Positions 12,601 through 27,084 of a stretch of DNA of 64,000 bases are shown one piece after another. Every line of letters starts with the position of its first letter. Position 1 is the stretch's first letter. The stretch is from Octopus sinensis (lineage: Eukaryota). The stretch is from the NCBI RefSeq assembly GCF_006345805.1, contig NW_021833281.1, positions 13,099 to 77,098 on the forward strand. The letters are read 5' to 3'. The translations under genes were made by a program, and so were the position numbers. The notes under the pieces are model-generated. The model was not told the origin of the DNA. It worked only from the letters and a program-made list of their open reading frames with translations, and ran no database searches.

Positions 12601-13859
12601 GATTGTCATTCATGCACATGACTGTTCCCCCGCAGTGACAATGATGTTCCAATGGGGCAGACAACTAAGTACTTTATTCATGGTCCATATTGACAAATGG
12701 AGATTGTATTCTGCATGTAGATCCAAGTGGCAGAGCTCTCTCTTGTGGAGTTCATATTACATACATTTATCGTGTTCAAACCCTGCTAAGTTACAATTCT
12801 GCTGCCCTTATAGTCTTTTATCATCTCACATGAATATCATACATGATATATAACATTGATAGATTTGCAACACAATGACTATGATCCAACTTTATGTTCG
12901 GAAAATTCTTTAACCTCGATTAGGTGAAATCAACATCTGCGTGCTTCTTTCATATGTCTTGTGGGACAGAACTATTAGTAAACAACTTAATATCCGCGAC
13001 AAATCCTATAAAAGACCTTGCGATCTGATTGGCAAAGATTGAACCACCCACATTTTTAAACCACTAGGTCATAGAGAATTTTGCCGAAGGAGTCCCTACC
13101 TGCTCGCTCAAAATACAGGAAATAGCAGTCAAATCTTCATTAAAATACACATCGCTGACTTAGAAAAAGATACATTGCATGATGTCTTTTTGGGGTTCCA
13201 TTTACAATGAAAATAGGCCGAATAGTTGGCCTTGTCTAAAAGATAACTGTAATAACTAGGTCAAGTATGTGTTTGCTATTTCAGACCATTTTTTCCCGAC
13301 AACAAAGTCATCCGTTCTTCTCTAATGCTTAGTTCTATCTTCTCTCTACACGGAATTGCTTTATTTCGATTCTTCTCTGTTCTCCAGAATTTTAACATTC
13401 TGGAACTAATTCTTGTTCTCAATGTTCCTTTGTAGCATCGACCTACAGATGTTCGAACATAATTTCAAGCAAACCAACTGCATCAATTTGGAGTGGGGTC
13501 ACGAAGAGGTCAGGACCACTAACTTTTCTCTTTTGACTAATTTACACATGAAAAATGCATGAGAATCCGTAAAACCAGTAGCCTTGAAACTGACATATAA
13601 TAGGCCCCACACAGATATTTTGTTCCCTCCATTCACTGTTCATTTTTCTACTATAGGCACAAGGCCTGAAATTTTATTGGATGGAGCTAGTCGATTGCAT
13701 CGAGCCTAGTAATTGACTGGCACTTATTTTATCAGCCTTAAAGTGGACCTCGGCGGATTTGACTCAATACGTAAAGCCGAAAGAAATGCCGCTAGCTCAG
13801 CGTGCTAACGATTCTACCAGTTCATCGCCTTTCCATCGTCTGGTAATAAGAAGACAACA

Positions 13860-14430
13860 TAGGCGGCGAGCTGGTACGCCGGGCGAAATGCTTTGTGGTA
13901 TTTCGTCCGCCGCTGCGTTCTGAGTTCAAATTTCGCCGAGGTCGACTTTACCTTTCATCCTTTCGGGGTCGATAAATTAAGTACCAGTGACGCGCTAGGG
14001 TCGATGTAATCGACTTAATCTGTTTGTCTGTACTTGTCTATCCCCTCTATGTTTAGCCCCTTGTGGGTAGTAAAGAAATAGGTATTTCGTCTGCCGTTAC
14101 GTTGTGAGTTCAAATTCCGCCGAGGTCCACTTTGTCTTTCATCATTTCAGGGTCAATTAAATAAGTACCAGTTACGCACTGGGGTCGATATAATCGACTT
14201 AATCCGTCTGTCTGTCCTTGTTTGTCCTCTGAGTTTAGCCCTTTGTGGGTAGTAAAGAAATAGGTATTTCGTCTGGCGTTACGTTGTGAGTTCAAATTCT
14301 GCCGAGGTCAACTTTGCCTTTCTTCCTTTCGGGGTTGATAAATTAAATACCAGTTGCATACTGTGGTCGAACTAATCGACTGGCCCCCTCCCTCAAAATT
14401 TTGGGCCTTGTGCCATGAGTAGAAAAGAAT
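13860..14430 (+). mobile_element. tRNA-derived SINE (GGCGGCGAGCTGGCAG family) with tandemly reiterated body
   Basis: One head followed by three B-box+body units (gagttcaaattccgccgaggtc...). Confidence 0.85.
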
Positions 14431-14844
14431 AAGAAGACAACATGCAGTTGGCTTCCATATTTCTTTTCCTTCGCCATAGATTTAGACAAATTTGAAAAGT
14501 TTCTAACCATTATAGTTGGCAATTTGTTAACCTTCGTTTCAACCACAGCGGTTCTCGTACGAGAAACGCTGCATTAAATCGTCTGCGATCCTCTTACTTC
14601 AAAAAATTATCCTTGTGCCAAAGATAGAAATCAATCTTCCACACACATCAATACACACAGAGGCAGGCGCACGCGTCCATGAACTCATGTTCGTTTGCTT
14701 GCCTTCATTCTACATAATACATATGATAAATGTATATTAGTAAATGCCGAGTTTTTGTTTTACTATTATAAATTTTCCGTGAAAATCACGACTTTATGGT
14801 TATGCCCTTCAGCGTAACTCCTGGCACAAGTTATGGTGACATCA

Positions 14845-15150
<306 letters not shown>

Positions 15151-15547
15151 CATCTATCTCCATGTGATGATATTTATATAGGTATGAATATAAACTCTTC
15201 TATGCATGAGTACACACGCATGTACACACGCACGCACGAACAAACACCCACCCACGCAAACACAAACACGCTCGCGCGAGGGTCTTACCGAAAGTAGCAC
15301 ACACGTTGGTACAGTATGTATGACGTTTTCATTAACTGATGGCGGTCTTCCAAATCAGGCATATCGATAGAGTAAGTCTTCGAGTTCTTCATTGCAGGCA
15401 CATGATCAGTTTCAAGCAGAAACAACCTGCTGTTATTGAGTTCTTGATGAAGAGGAGCAGACTATTGTCGGACATCCACAAAAGGCTACATGTTTTTTAC
15501 GAAGATGTTCCTATTAACAAAAACAGTATGCACAAATTGATGATAAG

Positions 15548-16180
15548 ATGAACGTTAGTACGCCGGGCGAAATGCTTAGCGGTATTACGTCTGGCAGAAA
15601 CGTTAGCACACCGGACGAAATGCTTAGCGGTATTTCGTCTGCCGTTACGTTGTGAGTTCAAATTCCGCCGAGGTCGACTTTGCCTTTCATCCTTTCGGGG
15701 TCGATTAAATAAGTACCAGTTGCACACTGGGGTCGATGTAATCGACTTAATCCGTTTGTCTGTCCTTGTTTGTCCCTTCTGTGTTTAGCCCCTTGTGGGT
15801 AGTAAAGAAATAGGTATTACGTCTGTCGTTACGTTCTGAGTTCAAATTCCGCCGAGGTCGACTTTGCCTTTTATCCTTTCGGGGTCGATAAATTAAGTAC
15901 CAGTTACGCACTGGGGTCGATATATCGACTTAATCCGTTTGTCTGTCCTTGTTTGTCCCTTCTGTGTTTAGCCCCTTGTGGGTAGTAAAGAAATAGGTAT
16001 TACGTCTGTCGTTACGTTCTGAGTTCAAATTCCGCCGAGGTCGACTTTGCCTTTTATCCTTTCGGGGTCGATAAATTAAGTACCAGTTACGCACTGGGGT
16101 CGATATATCGACTTAATCCGTTTGTCTGTCCTTGTTTGTCCCCTCTATGTTTAGCCCCTTCTAGGTAATAAAGAAATAGA
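15548..16180 (+). mobile_element. SINE tandem array with two identical 183-bp units
   Basis: Units starting at 15781 and 15964 share private variants (tattac, ttttatcc, gatatatcg). Confidence 0.9.
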
Positions 16181-16504
16181 TGATAAAGATACTTCCTGAA
16201 CCCTGTAGACTTATAGGGTCGGTTTCCTGGTTTCCATGGCATTTATTTTGCCCCCTGGACCAGACGCCGGTTTGTCACAGGATTACTCATTTTTGCCAGC
16301 TAAGTGGACTGGAGCAACATGAAATGAGGCGTTTCGCTCAAGAACACAAAACGTCACCCGGTCCAAGAATCGAAATCACAATCTTACGATCATGAGTCCA
16401 ACACTCTAACTACTAAGCCACGTACCTCCACACAGATGGATGATGCTGTTTGAGGAAGGGAAAAACAGCATCAAAATCAAACCATGCTGCAGTAGATCAT
16501 AAGC

Positions 16505-16892
16505 AGTGGAGGCGCAATGGCCCAGTGGTTAGGGCAGCGGACTCGCGGTCGTAGGATCGCGGTTTCGATTCCCAGACCGAACATTGTGAGTGTTTATTGA
16601 GCGAAAACACCTAAAGCTTCACAAGGCTCCTGCAGGGGGTGGTGGTGAACCCTGCTGTACTTTCACCACAACTTTCTCTCACTCTTTCTTCCTGTTTCTG
16701 TTGTACCTGTACTTCAAAGGGCCAGCCTTGTCACACTCTGTGTCACGCTGAATCGCCTCGAGAACTACGTTAATGGTACACGGGTCTGTGGAATGCTCAG
16801 CCACTTGCACGTTAATTCCATGAGCAAGCTGTTCCTTTGATCGTATCAGCTGGGACCCTCATCGTCGTAACCGATGGAGTGCTCCTAATAAA
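16505..16892 (+). mobile_element. Full-length tRNA-derived SINE with 11-bp target-site duplication
   Basis: A-box TGGCCCAGTGG and B-box GGTTTCGATTCC; TSD agatcataagc at 16494-16504 and 16893-16903. Confidence 0.9.
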
Positions 16893-17099
16893 AGATCATA
16901 AGCTGTAATTACTGACATGAATCGCCAGCGAGTGAAAGTAGTGATTTACGAGGAGAGACGAATTACAATCAGTGAGCATATTGCACAACTGGACAATAGT
17001 CACTATGCATTACAGAAGATAGCGGAATTTTAGATATCGAAAAATGCGTGCAAAGTGGGTACCTCGGTAGTCAACACTGTAACTGAAAGAGAGAAGGGT

Positions 17100-19350
17100 G
17101 GAAGAACTGTTCTGATCTGATCGATGCGTTTCTTCACTTTTTGGAAGTAGGAATTTTACACCATTAACTAGCCAAGAGGAAATCACACTAGGTTGTTGCA
17201 AAACATTGTTGTAAAGTTTTATCAGCAGTTCATGGCTCTCTGGGAAGGCATTCAACCAGAAGTTAGGAATTTTATCCTTTCCTGAGACTTCCATTTGCTT
17301 GACTTCCTGAGAGCAGATCTTACATCTTGTACCTTGATACCCTCCCATTTTTGCTCTTCCAAGGAATTTAAGTCTGTAAATATCCTATCAATCCAAGGAG
17401 CCTTTTCATTGTTTGCTTTTTCTTCCTGTAAAATTTTACAGACTCTACTGTAACTGGTATTTTCCCTATCTTCCTGTAAAAAGTTTTGGACATGCCATTG
17501 CCTTTCAAGAATCTAACACATTTTTCATACCTTGCTATGCGGGCAATTTTAGCACATACCTTTTGCTTGATGGTTTCTATTTTGGTATCAACGTCAAATA
17601 TGGTTTTCATATATTTTTTCTTGGGTTTCTGTAGGTTTGATAGTCTTGTCACACTTAAGGTTTTTAAAACATTCTACGCCAGACCTAAGTAGGTGAATTT
17701 GGTGTTGAATAGTCTCTTGCCAAGAAAGCTTTATGTGGAAATTTTGTCGTTTTCTTATCTTTTCAGCACGTAGAATCGTCGAGATTTTCGCGGATGCCTT
17801 ATTCAGGTGGTTGAGATCTGTAATATCAACATCATTAGCTGAAATTATATCCTTGAGTGCAAGGCGGATTTAAAAAATTATTTTCAGGTTTTGGTTAGAA
17901 TTACGAATTTTTGGGAGAGTGTCGTGTTCATTCATACTGGTTTCTTTAATTTTTAGCCATTCAATCATGATTTATTTTTTAGATCATGTACTTCTGTTGG
18001 GTCAATTTCTGTGTAACTTTCTTCATCTATTTGATTTTCATCTGCCTTAGTATTTATGGTTGTTTCAGAGAGTATTTCACTTTTCCTATCAGTTACATTA
18101 ACTCTTTCCAATCATTATTGCATTTTTATCAACCTTGGGCTGGTCAATAATTATTTCCTCTGTAGTACTTCTTTAGCTGCAGCTTCGTTCCTTTTATCTC
18201 TTACTGATTGTTTCATTTGGTCAGTCTCTAATCCAATTAATAATTTCTTTTTCATAATGTTTCTTCTGACGTTGGCAAGTTTGTTACTGTCAATGTAGGG
18301 TCTTACTTCAATGTGTTTCTGTCTCTAGTTTAAGTAGGTTTGTACAGTATTAGATTTATTTGTGAGGAAATATATGGCATGGTAGAAGGCCTTCAGAACT
18401 TCTTTATTATCTCCCCTAGACCTTTTTTCACTCTTTTTCTTTTGGTTATTTGATGACGAGCATGCATGGCCATCTGTTGGAATATTCCAGTTGGGGAGTA
18501 CTTCGAGCTCCTGGATTTCGGGAAGATTTGAACCAGTAGCTGATATTTCGTGTCAAATCTGGTTCATCATTCGACTACAAGGTTCTTTGTGCTCCGGTCG
18601 ACGACCAATCCGGTTTGTATTTTGCTTTGTTATCACTGAGGCATGACAAGCTAGGAAGTTGACATTAGGGGACAGATCTGCCTATTTAGGGTTAATTTTT
18701 TGCGCTAACACCGCCTCCGAGTTCTCTGAATGCAAACATTGCTCACAACGTAGCTTCTTAAGGCTAACAGATTTGTATTCGTCTGTATTTATTTTTGTTG
18801 ATAGATTTATCTCCGGACATAGTTTTTGTGGTGTTTTTAAACTTATGTATTGTTCACTCTGTCTGTGTTAGTTCGAAAAATAAAAGAATAGTCTTGTTTT
18901 TGTTTTTTCTTTGGTTTTTGCTTCGTTTGTGGCACGTGTTTTCATATGCGTGTATGTGTGTCCTGTAAATTTCACGTAGTTGTGTAAACACCGAGATGTA
19001 TGTGTAGTGCTATGGGTATCAAAATGTGTATATGGTCGTGTAGACATGTGAGTGTATGTGTAATTACTCAATTTATGTACTTACTATTTTGTTCCATTCA
19101 TATTTTATAATTTGTAAACTTACCGGTGTTGATTTCGCGTGTGTGTTTCGCACATGTTTCACTGAGTCATCGTGCATAGGAGGAACTGTGGTTTGTATGG
19201 CAGTAAAATTTCGTTTTTGTGATTATTTTACTTAAAAGACCACTTCTTTCAAGTCTTCCACAGGTTCCTTTATGCCATTACATCGATGTTATTGGATTAG
19301 ATTTGTTTTTGAATGGGGAGCCCGGTATAGCACATCCATGTTGTTATTCA
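17100..19350 (-). mobile_element. R4/Dong-type LINE, 5' region and N-terminal part, decayed
   Basis: Minus-strand translation LKAFYHAIYF...IDSNKLANVRRNI, then IPNFWLNAF (ORFs 17010-17348 and 17368-17652). The 5' end lies near the (AAT)n/(ATT)n tract at ~19365-19455. Confidence 0.65.
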
Positions 19351-19363
19351 GCGCGGGGCTCTT

Positions 19364-19420
<57 letters not shown>

Positions 19421-19459
19421 TATTATTATTATTATTATTATCATTATTATTATTATTCT

Positions 19460-19762
19460 ATGTTCGACTTTTGCTTTATGTCTGTACAAGTTGGCTCCAA
19501 GTCTCACCCAGAGACCTCAAGAGACAACAGGTTAGAAGTTCTGTGCCATATATTTGGTTTTTTTTTTTTGGTGTTGTACTAGTGAATGTCTAATACATAA
19601 AAAAAAATAAACAAAAAAATTTAAATAAAAAAAAAAAAGAGTTTGTTTTAAACCTTGGGATTACATAGAGAGTATTTTGCGTAGGATATGAGCAGTTCCC
19701 ATGAGCACTATCTTTTGAATTTCTGCCATTTTGGGGTTTCCTGGTATCTGAGTTAGGTAGCA

Positions 19763-19765
<3 letters not shown>
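19460..19765 (-). mobile_element. R4/Dong-type 3' end (family shared with 30959-31428)
   Basis: YLTQIPGNPKMAEIQKIVLMGTAHILRKILSM* plus 3' UTR, nearly identical to 31140-31428; (AAT)n on both sides. Confidence 0.85.
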
Positions 19766-19824
<59 letters not shown>

Positions 19825-19829
19825 CACCG

Positions 19830-21210
19830 GTTCCCGATGTCTGATCAGGGGATCGCACTGAATCATTGTATCCCACAGGATTTTGCAATTCTCATTTTCC
19901 GTGACTCCTTCTGAGATTTGCTTATACCACGTCTTTGCTCTTTGTAGGTCGTGATTTCCACAGAGCTCCCAGTGGATCATTCTTGTCACATTATCATGTC
20001 GTGCTTTGTATTCGCGTTGTGTCAATTTTAGGTATTCGCTAGCGATGTGCTATACCGTTTCATCCCTCTCTGCGTTTGTCGCTGTCGATAGTGTTGTCTA
20101 TTCTGCACTTCACATAGTTGGTCCTAAACGCTTGTTCTTGAGCTACGCTTATGGATGCTTCTATCCCTTTCTTCAGGTCACTGCTCCTCATCCATAGCCA
20201 CTGGACCAACATATCTGTCTTAGCGTTCATGTCTCTTGCAAACTGATTGTACATTTTTTCTTTCTATGATTTTTCTTTTTTTGTGTTCATTTCTTGTATA
20301 AATTTTTTCTTCATTACACAATTTTCAGTTTTGATGACGCCGGCCTTCGTATGTTTCAACAATGGCTGCACGGCCTTTTTATATACCACCCTAAGCTGTT
20401 TTCCTCTACTTCGATACAGTCCTGGCAACTGATCAGAGCTCTTCCACCTTTTCGTCCAGAAAAGTACAGCCTAGGGTGGAAGGCTCCGTGTACTCTCAAT
20501 ATTTTCTGGTCTTCCTGGTCTTGGTATCCATTTTCATCACTTCTCTTTTTTGTCATTTTATAATTCCTGCTCCATATCGAAGTGATGCTACCACCGACGT
20601 ATTAGCTGCTTGGACTTTATTCCATCCAATCAATTTTGAGCGCAACACCAACCTCAGTCGTCGGAAATGGAGTATTTGTATCCTTCCGTTTCAATTTGTT
20701 TAATCAAGTCTCTATTCGGTAATTCTACCCTTGCTAGGGCTTGTACCTTACCTCTTTTTCGGTAAATTATTCCGCACTTCTTGAGTCCAAATTCTATTCT
20801 AATATCAATACTAAATCAGTGGACCGTATTCACCAAGGTACTCACTTCAGCCTGATCCTTGCCGTGCAGTTTCAAATCATCCATGAGGTGCTTGTTTGTT
20901 TGGGACTTTCCTTTTAGTTAGTACCCCAGGGTCATTTTCTTAAGTACCAAGATCAGAGGAATCATGCAGAGAACAAAAAGCAACGGAGATAAGCTATCAC
21001 CCTAGAAAATACCTGTTGTAATACCCAGGGTGTCCAAGCTTTTCCCATAAGATGTCAGTTCAGTTTTCCACCTCACCATACTTCTCTTCAGGAAGCACGT
21101 TGCATTCCTCGCTGTTCCAAATAGATTTAAGTACTCGATGATCCACGCATGTGGAATCATATCACAAGTTTTGCGACAGTCAATCCAGGCCATTCCCAAA
21201 TGTGTTTTTC
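19830..21210 (-). mobile_element. R4/Dong-type LINE, RT to endonuclease region, decayed
   Basis: MAWIDCRKTCDMIPHAWI, RLYFSGRKGGRALI and RHDNVTRMIHWELC...KILWD. Confidence 0.85.
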
Positions 21211-21449
21211 TTCATTTACAATCTTGCATTAACAAAGCGATGAGCTGGCAGAATCTTTAGCGGTATTCGCCTGTTGCTACGTTCAGAGTTCAAATTCCAC
21301 CGAGGTCGCCTTTGCCGTTCATCCTTTCGGGTCGATAAATTAAGTACCAGTAAAATTCTGGGGTCGATGTAATCGACTAGTCCCCTCCTCTAAAACTTCA
21401 GGCCTTGTGCATATATTTGAAAGGATTATTACTTTTTTTTCTTCTTTCT

Positions 21450-21800
21450 TCAAATTTTCTTCCATTTCTCGCCGAGTGATTTCCGTACACCTAGGGCAGA
21501 GAAGCTCATTTTATGCATTCCCAGATTACACACGCTATTTCACAGGTAAAATATGTATTTAAAAAAATTATTAAAAAATAAATAAATTCATGAATGGATG
21601 TTGTTTTCACAGCGATAATGCTCTTCTCAGTACATGAGTCGTTCCAGTTAACACGCTTTTTTGCACTTCCTATAGGGATGGTAAGCCTGGTATCATTTTC
21701 AAATAGGTTTCAGTACCGTTTTTATTATTCCTAGAGATCCTACAATCACTGGTGCTGTAGTCGCCTTGAGATGTCACATTTTTACAATTTCTATTAGCAA
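21450..21800 (-). mobile_element. R4/Dong-type 3' end fragment
   Basis: YLKMIPGLPSL*EVQKSVLTGTTHVLRR; bounded by the compound (TTC)n(TTA)n tract at ~21803-22045. Confidence 0.65.
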
Positions 21801-21850
21801 GTCTTCTTCTTCTTCTTCTTCTTCTTCTTCTTCTTCTTCTTCTTCTTCTT

Positions 21851-21911
<61 letters not shown>

Positions 21912-21965
21912 TTATTATTATTATTATTATTATTGTTATTATTATTATTATCATCATCATCATCA

Positions 21966-22016
<51 letters not shown>

Positions 22017-22520
22017 GTAGTAGTAGTAGTAGTATTGTTGTTGTTGTCGTTGATGTTCTAGCTTTAGGTTTTCATCTACAGTATTGGTTTCCTTTTCTGT
22101 TAAGTCTAAAATGTGAATAATTCCAACCAAACCAGTGAAAAGATTTTAAAAAGAAATCAGTATAAAATAAACAAAACAATGAAAATCCAAAGCAGGAAAA
22201 CAATCAAATATGAAATAAAATGAAAAATAATATTGAACGAGAGACAGATAGAAAGAAAGAGAAATGAATAAACGAACGAATGAAAATCTAAAATCTAAAT
22301 ACGACGATTTGAGGAATTATAACATCCATTGTCAATCACTTCATTTCTTTCATTCTTTTTTTTTTCAATTCTGAGGTGATGAGGTGGGTGGCTATTAATT
22401 GTATGCTTCTGCGAATTAAAACCTGAAGGTAAATCCATATCAGCGTCTCCCTATTTCAAAGAATCAGTTTAGAAATATTATTGTTTGTGATATAACAATT
22501 GTAATTGTTACTGTTCAATG

Positions 22521-22576
<56 letters not shown>

Positions 22577-24596
22577 CATACACACATATACAAATGCGTG
22601 AGTGTATATATATATATATATATTCACGCAAACACAACTTAAGAACGACATTTTATCGCGTTTTCATAATATACTAAATGGATTGTCTCTCTAGCTTTCT
22701 TGTTTCTTATTTCCTTTCATATTTTCTTTCTTTTTTCCCTCCTTTCTTTAACAATTAATTTCCTTCACTTCATGTCAATTTTAGGAGATAAAAATAAAAA
22801 ATAAAAAATAAAATTAAAGATAAAATAAAATGTCTACATACACAATAAGCAAACAATACACCTGCAAACACACACATACAATTGCACACCTACATATACA
22901 TACAGGCTGAGATTCATAGCCGCTCCTGTACACTCCTACACGTTCGAAATATCATAGCAACAAACCGAAAACTAATTTGGAAACTGAAAAATATATTCCA
23001 TATTATAAAGTTTTTAATGTATTTACTTTTAAAATTAACGGTTAGGCGATGAATTAAAAGGATAAAGCGTAGAAGAAAATACAAAACAACAGACAATTAA
23101 GAACAATTTAGAACGTAGAAAACATATTAGTCATTCAAATACGCATAAAAAATTATTAGCTTCATTTAAGCATTTTTTTTATTTGGTGTCAAAATGTCTA
23201 AGCGAAGTTGAGATTTTGTGTGTTTTTAAATGTTTAATACGTATTTTCTTAGGTGGAATTGTTCATAATTATCTGTTGTGTCAGTGACCAGGTCGCGATT
23301 AGTGCGATGAAAAATTTTAATGCAAATAATAAATGTTTAAGTGAAGTCAACAGATTTTGTTAGCTTTTGAATGGCTACTAATGTGTACCTTCGTCGCAGT
23401 AATTGTTTTACTATCACCGAATGGCCTCAGATCAAATCACTTGCCAATAAAGAACATCCTCCAAAAATAATTATGAAATTTCCTAATAACGATGATGATA
23501 ATAATAATAATAACGGTTTCAAATGTTGTCTCAAGGCTAGCAATTTTGGGGGCAGGAGTAAGTCGAATACATCGGCCTTAGTGCTCGACTGGCACTTATT
23601 TTATCGATACCGAAAGGATGAAAGTTAAAGTCGACCTTGGCGGTATTGAACCTAGACCTAAAGACGAACGAAATGCTGCTAAGTATTTTGACTAGCGTGC
23701 TAACGCTTCTGCCAGCTCGCCGCTCAAATAATGATGATAATAATAATTATTTCTAATTTTTGCCATAAGGGCAGCTGGGGGGAGGTTGGGAAGATATATA
23801 AAACATTCCATGAATAAGCGGCAGACAGTGCTACAGCCCCAGACAAAAGAGGGACTCATAAAACCCAAAGCCATCCCCATTAGAAGAGGAATATTCCAAG
23901 GAGACACACTCTCTCCACTCCTTTTCTGCTTGGCACTGACACCTTTATCTGATATGCTAAACAGAACTGGATGTGGATACAACTGTCACGGTAAAACAAT
24001 CAGCCATCTCTTATATATGGATGATATAAAACTGTACGCTACAAATGTTAAACAGCTGGAAACATTACTACAGGCAGTACATGGATTTACCAAAGAAATA
24101 AATACGAAATTTGGCTTAGAAAAATGTGCCAAAGCAACCTTGAAAAGAGGAAAACTAGTTAATAGTAGCAACATTACACTAGATAAAGCAAATGAAATGA
24201 GAGAATTAGACCAAAGCCAGACATACAAATACTTAGGAATCAATGAACCAGATACGATACAACAGACACAAATGAAAGAGAAGATGGGAAAAGAATGCTA
24301 TAGACGAATTAGATTAATATTGAAAACAGAGCTCAAAGCGAAAAAATAAGATAATAGGTATCAATACACTAGCCGCCCCAGTTATAAGTTACAGCTACAA
24401 TATTCTTAACTGGTCTCTATATTACCTAATCAGGGAAACAAGCAAAATAATGACAGGATTTAGGATGCACTATCCAAAATCTGATATAGAAAGGTTACAC
24501 AGTTCTATATTTAAGAAATGAGGAATTATGTATATTATTTACATTATTTATATTATTTAGATTTGACGGATATTTATCCTCATCTTGTTTGTTGTT

Positions 24597-24642
24597 AACA
24601 CAACGTTTCGGCTTATATACCCTCCAGCCTTCATCAGGTGTC
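24597..24642 (-). ncRNA. Minimal type I hammerhead ribozyme with zero-loop palindromic stem III
   Basis: gacac-CTGATGA-a-ggct..agcc-GAAAC-GTT-gtgtt. Palindrome AACGTT; GUU cleavage triplet; extra A after A9. Confidence 0.8.
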
Positions 24643-24689
24643 TTGGGGAAATTTCGAACCTGGGTTCTCATTCCTAAGGTATTTTTCGA

Positions 24690-24818
<129 letters not shown>

Positions 24819-24894
24819 AGTCACTGCTTGGAATCGAACTCGGAATCTTGGGGTTAGTAGTCCGCGCTCTTAACCACTACACCATATGCCAGTG

Positions 24895-24939
24895 GACACC
24901 TATGAAGGCTGGAGAGAATATCAGCCGAAACGTTGTGTT
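24895..24939 (+). ncRNA. Inverted HHR copy lacking G5 (predicted inactive)
   Basis: gacac-CTATGA-a-ggctg..cagcc-GAAAC-GTT-gtgtt. Confidence 0.75.
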
Positions 24940-26175
24940 AACAACAAACAAGATGAGGACAAATATCCGTCAAATGTAAATAATGTATAGAAGGGTTATA
25001 TTAATACAACGTATCGAAGGTGGTAGATGCCTTATCCAGCTAGAAAACCATTACAAAATAGCCACCATATGTCTACAGCAAGGAAAACTAATACAAATAG
25101 GTATAAAACATGAACAAAACAAAATAAAAAGTGTTGTCAGTCTTTAAGGAAACTGACAAATATATATAAAAAAAAGAAGTCATAGTACCTAACTACTATG
25201 AAGAAAAAGAAGAAACAACGAAAGCTGTAAAACAACTGAAATCCAAACTTAAACTGGAACAGCAACGGACCATAATAAAATGAATGCAAGAAAAGCCCCT
25301 TCATAATAAATCATATTGTCTCTGGCTGCCCAGTCCTGGCTAAGGAATATATTCAGACACGACAGAGTTGGGACCTATATACACTATGCCAACACTATGG
25401 AATAACAACAGAATACTGCATTATTTACCTTGAGAGGATCTCTTAGAAGGACTTGTAGTGCATATAAGCACTCGTATCCATATCATTGACGGACGAGAAT
25501 CGTCTGCTACAACGATCGGAATTGCCAGATCATAATTCCACCCTGCTATCTGTTCCTCATTGAGAGATGTCCAGCAGCACGATAACAGCAGAAGCTCCCA
25601 CCAACGTTATATAGAATCTCAGCGTCTATTCAGGCAATTAATAATAACAAAAACAGTATTAATACCCAAAAGGTCATCTTCGTTTCCAACTTAACGTGGA
25701 GGTTGTATTTATGCTCCAAAATGATGTTTGTCCCCTAAAGCAAGATATGGTACTTATTTCTTTACTACCCACAAGGGGCTAAACACAGAGGGACAAACAA
25801 GGACAGACAAACGAATTAAGTCGATTACATCGACCCCAGTGCGTAACTGGTACTTATTTAATCAACCCCGAAAGGATGAAAGGCAAAGTCGACCTCGGCG
25901 GAATTTGAACTCAGAATGTCGCGGCAGACGAAATACCGCTAGACATTTCGCACGGCGTGGTAACGATTCTGCCAGCTCGCCTCGAAGCAAGATATGGTAC
26001 CTCCTTAGGCCGGAAATACTCTCCAAATTAAAAGCCATTGGTGTATTTGTTCTATGAAACTTATGTCTAAAGTCATCGAGCCACACTCATCACATAAGAA
26101 AAAAGTCGAAATATCAGCTGCAACTTAAGTAACAAACTTTTATGAATCGTTAACCACTTTATTATATCGTACAAA

Positions 26176-26236
<61 letters not shown>

Positions 26237-27037
26237 GTGAGAAAGAGAGACTATATCCTCAGTATTATCTAGTTGATATATGCATTGGGTAATATGCTGT
26301 CATTTCTGCTTGCGAGAAAAACTGAGATTAAATTGCATAAACATGCAACGAGTCAGTTATGTGACATGCTCAGGTTACTATGTGTTATATCTGTCTAGAC
26401 AGACAAATAGATCAAAGCGAACTACCTAAATATCGTATTCAGAATGCTACAGCTGCTGATAATGATGCTGGTTCGATGGCAATTACCAACGTATATTTGC
26501 GGTTAAACTCTATGGCCATATTCCAAAGAACAAGTATTTTTTTGCCAATTGAATAGAAAGAAGGCAGAAAATGAGAGGAAGCCAAAGAATATCTGATCTT
26601 CTTTTGACAAATTTGTTATGAGATATTCTACGCGACAAGAAAGAAAGATGAACATAACTTTAATTATTTCGGGAAATCAAATGATGTGGTTGCCCATTCT
26701 GGAGTCACAAAATTTCTTAAGATGTTTAGTATTTAAACTTCTACTTGTTTCGGACATTGAACTGCTCCCATGCTGGGACACTGTCTTGAATGGTTTTATT
26801 CTTTTGTTTTAAAGTTTGTTACTCTATCGGTGTCTTAGGCTGAACCGCCAAGTAATAGGAACGTAAATAAACCAACACCCGTTGTCAAGTGGTGTGGGCT
26901 GGGAAGCAAAACATAGACATGAACAAACGCACACATACACACACAGACACACACACACACACACAATCACACACGCGCAGACACACACCCAGACACACAC
27001 ACACACACGCACGCACACGCACACACACGCACACACA

Positions 27038-27084
<47 letters not shown>

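Larger units (their letters stand above)
15330..17090 (+). mobile_element. Mariner-type transposase relic split by nested SINEs
   Basis: N-terminal KQxAVIEFL (ORF 15339-15551), and later RRITI...RKMRAKWVPR near 16955-17070. Confidence 0.65.

Noticed and set aside
24820-24890. tRNA gene
   Set aside because: The acceptor stem does not pair and the sequence is embedded in a repeat, so it is treated as a tRNA-derived promoter head. The same applies to the other SINE heads.
26410-26560. Cadherin-like words ELPK...ATAADNDAGS
   Set aside because: Too short, lacks the other cadherin motifs, and the frame closes within ~50 codons.
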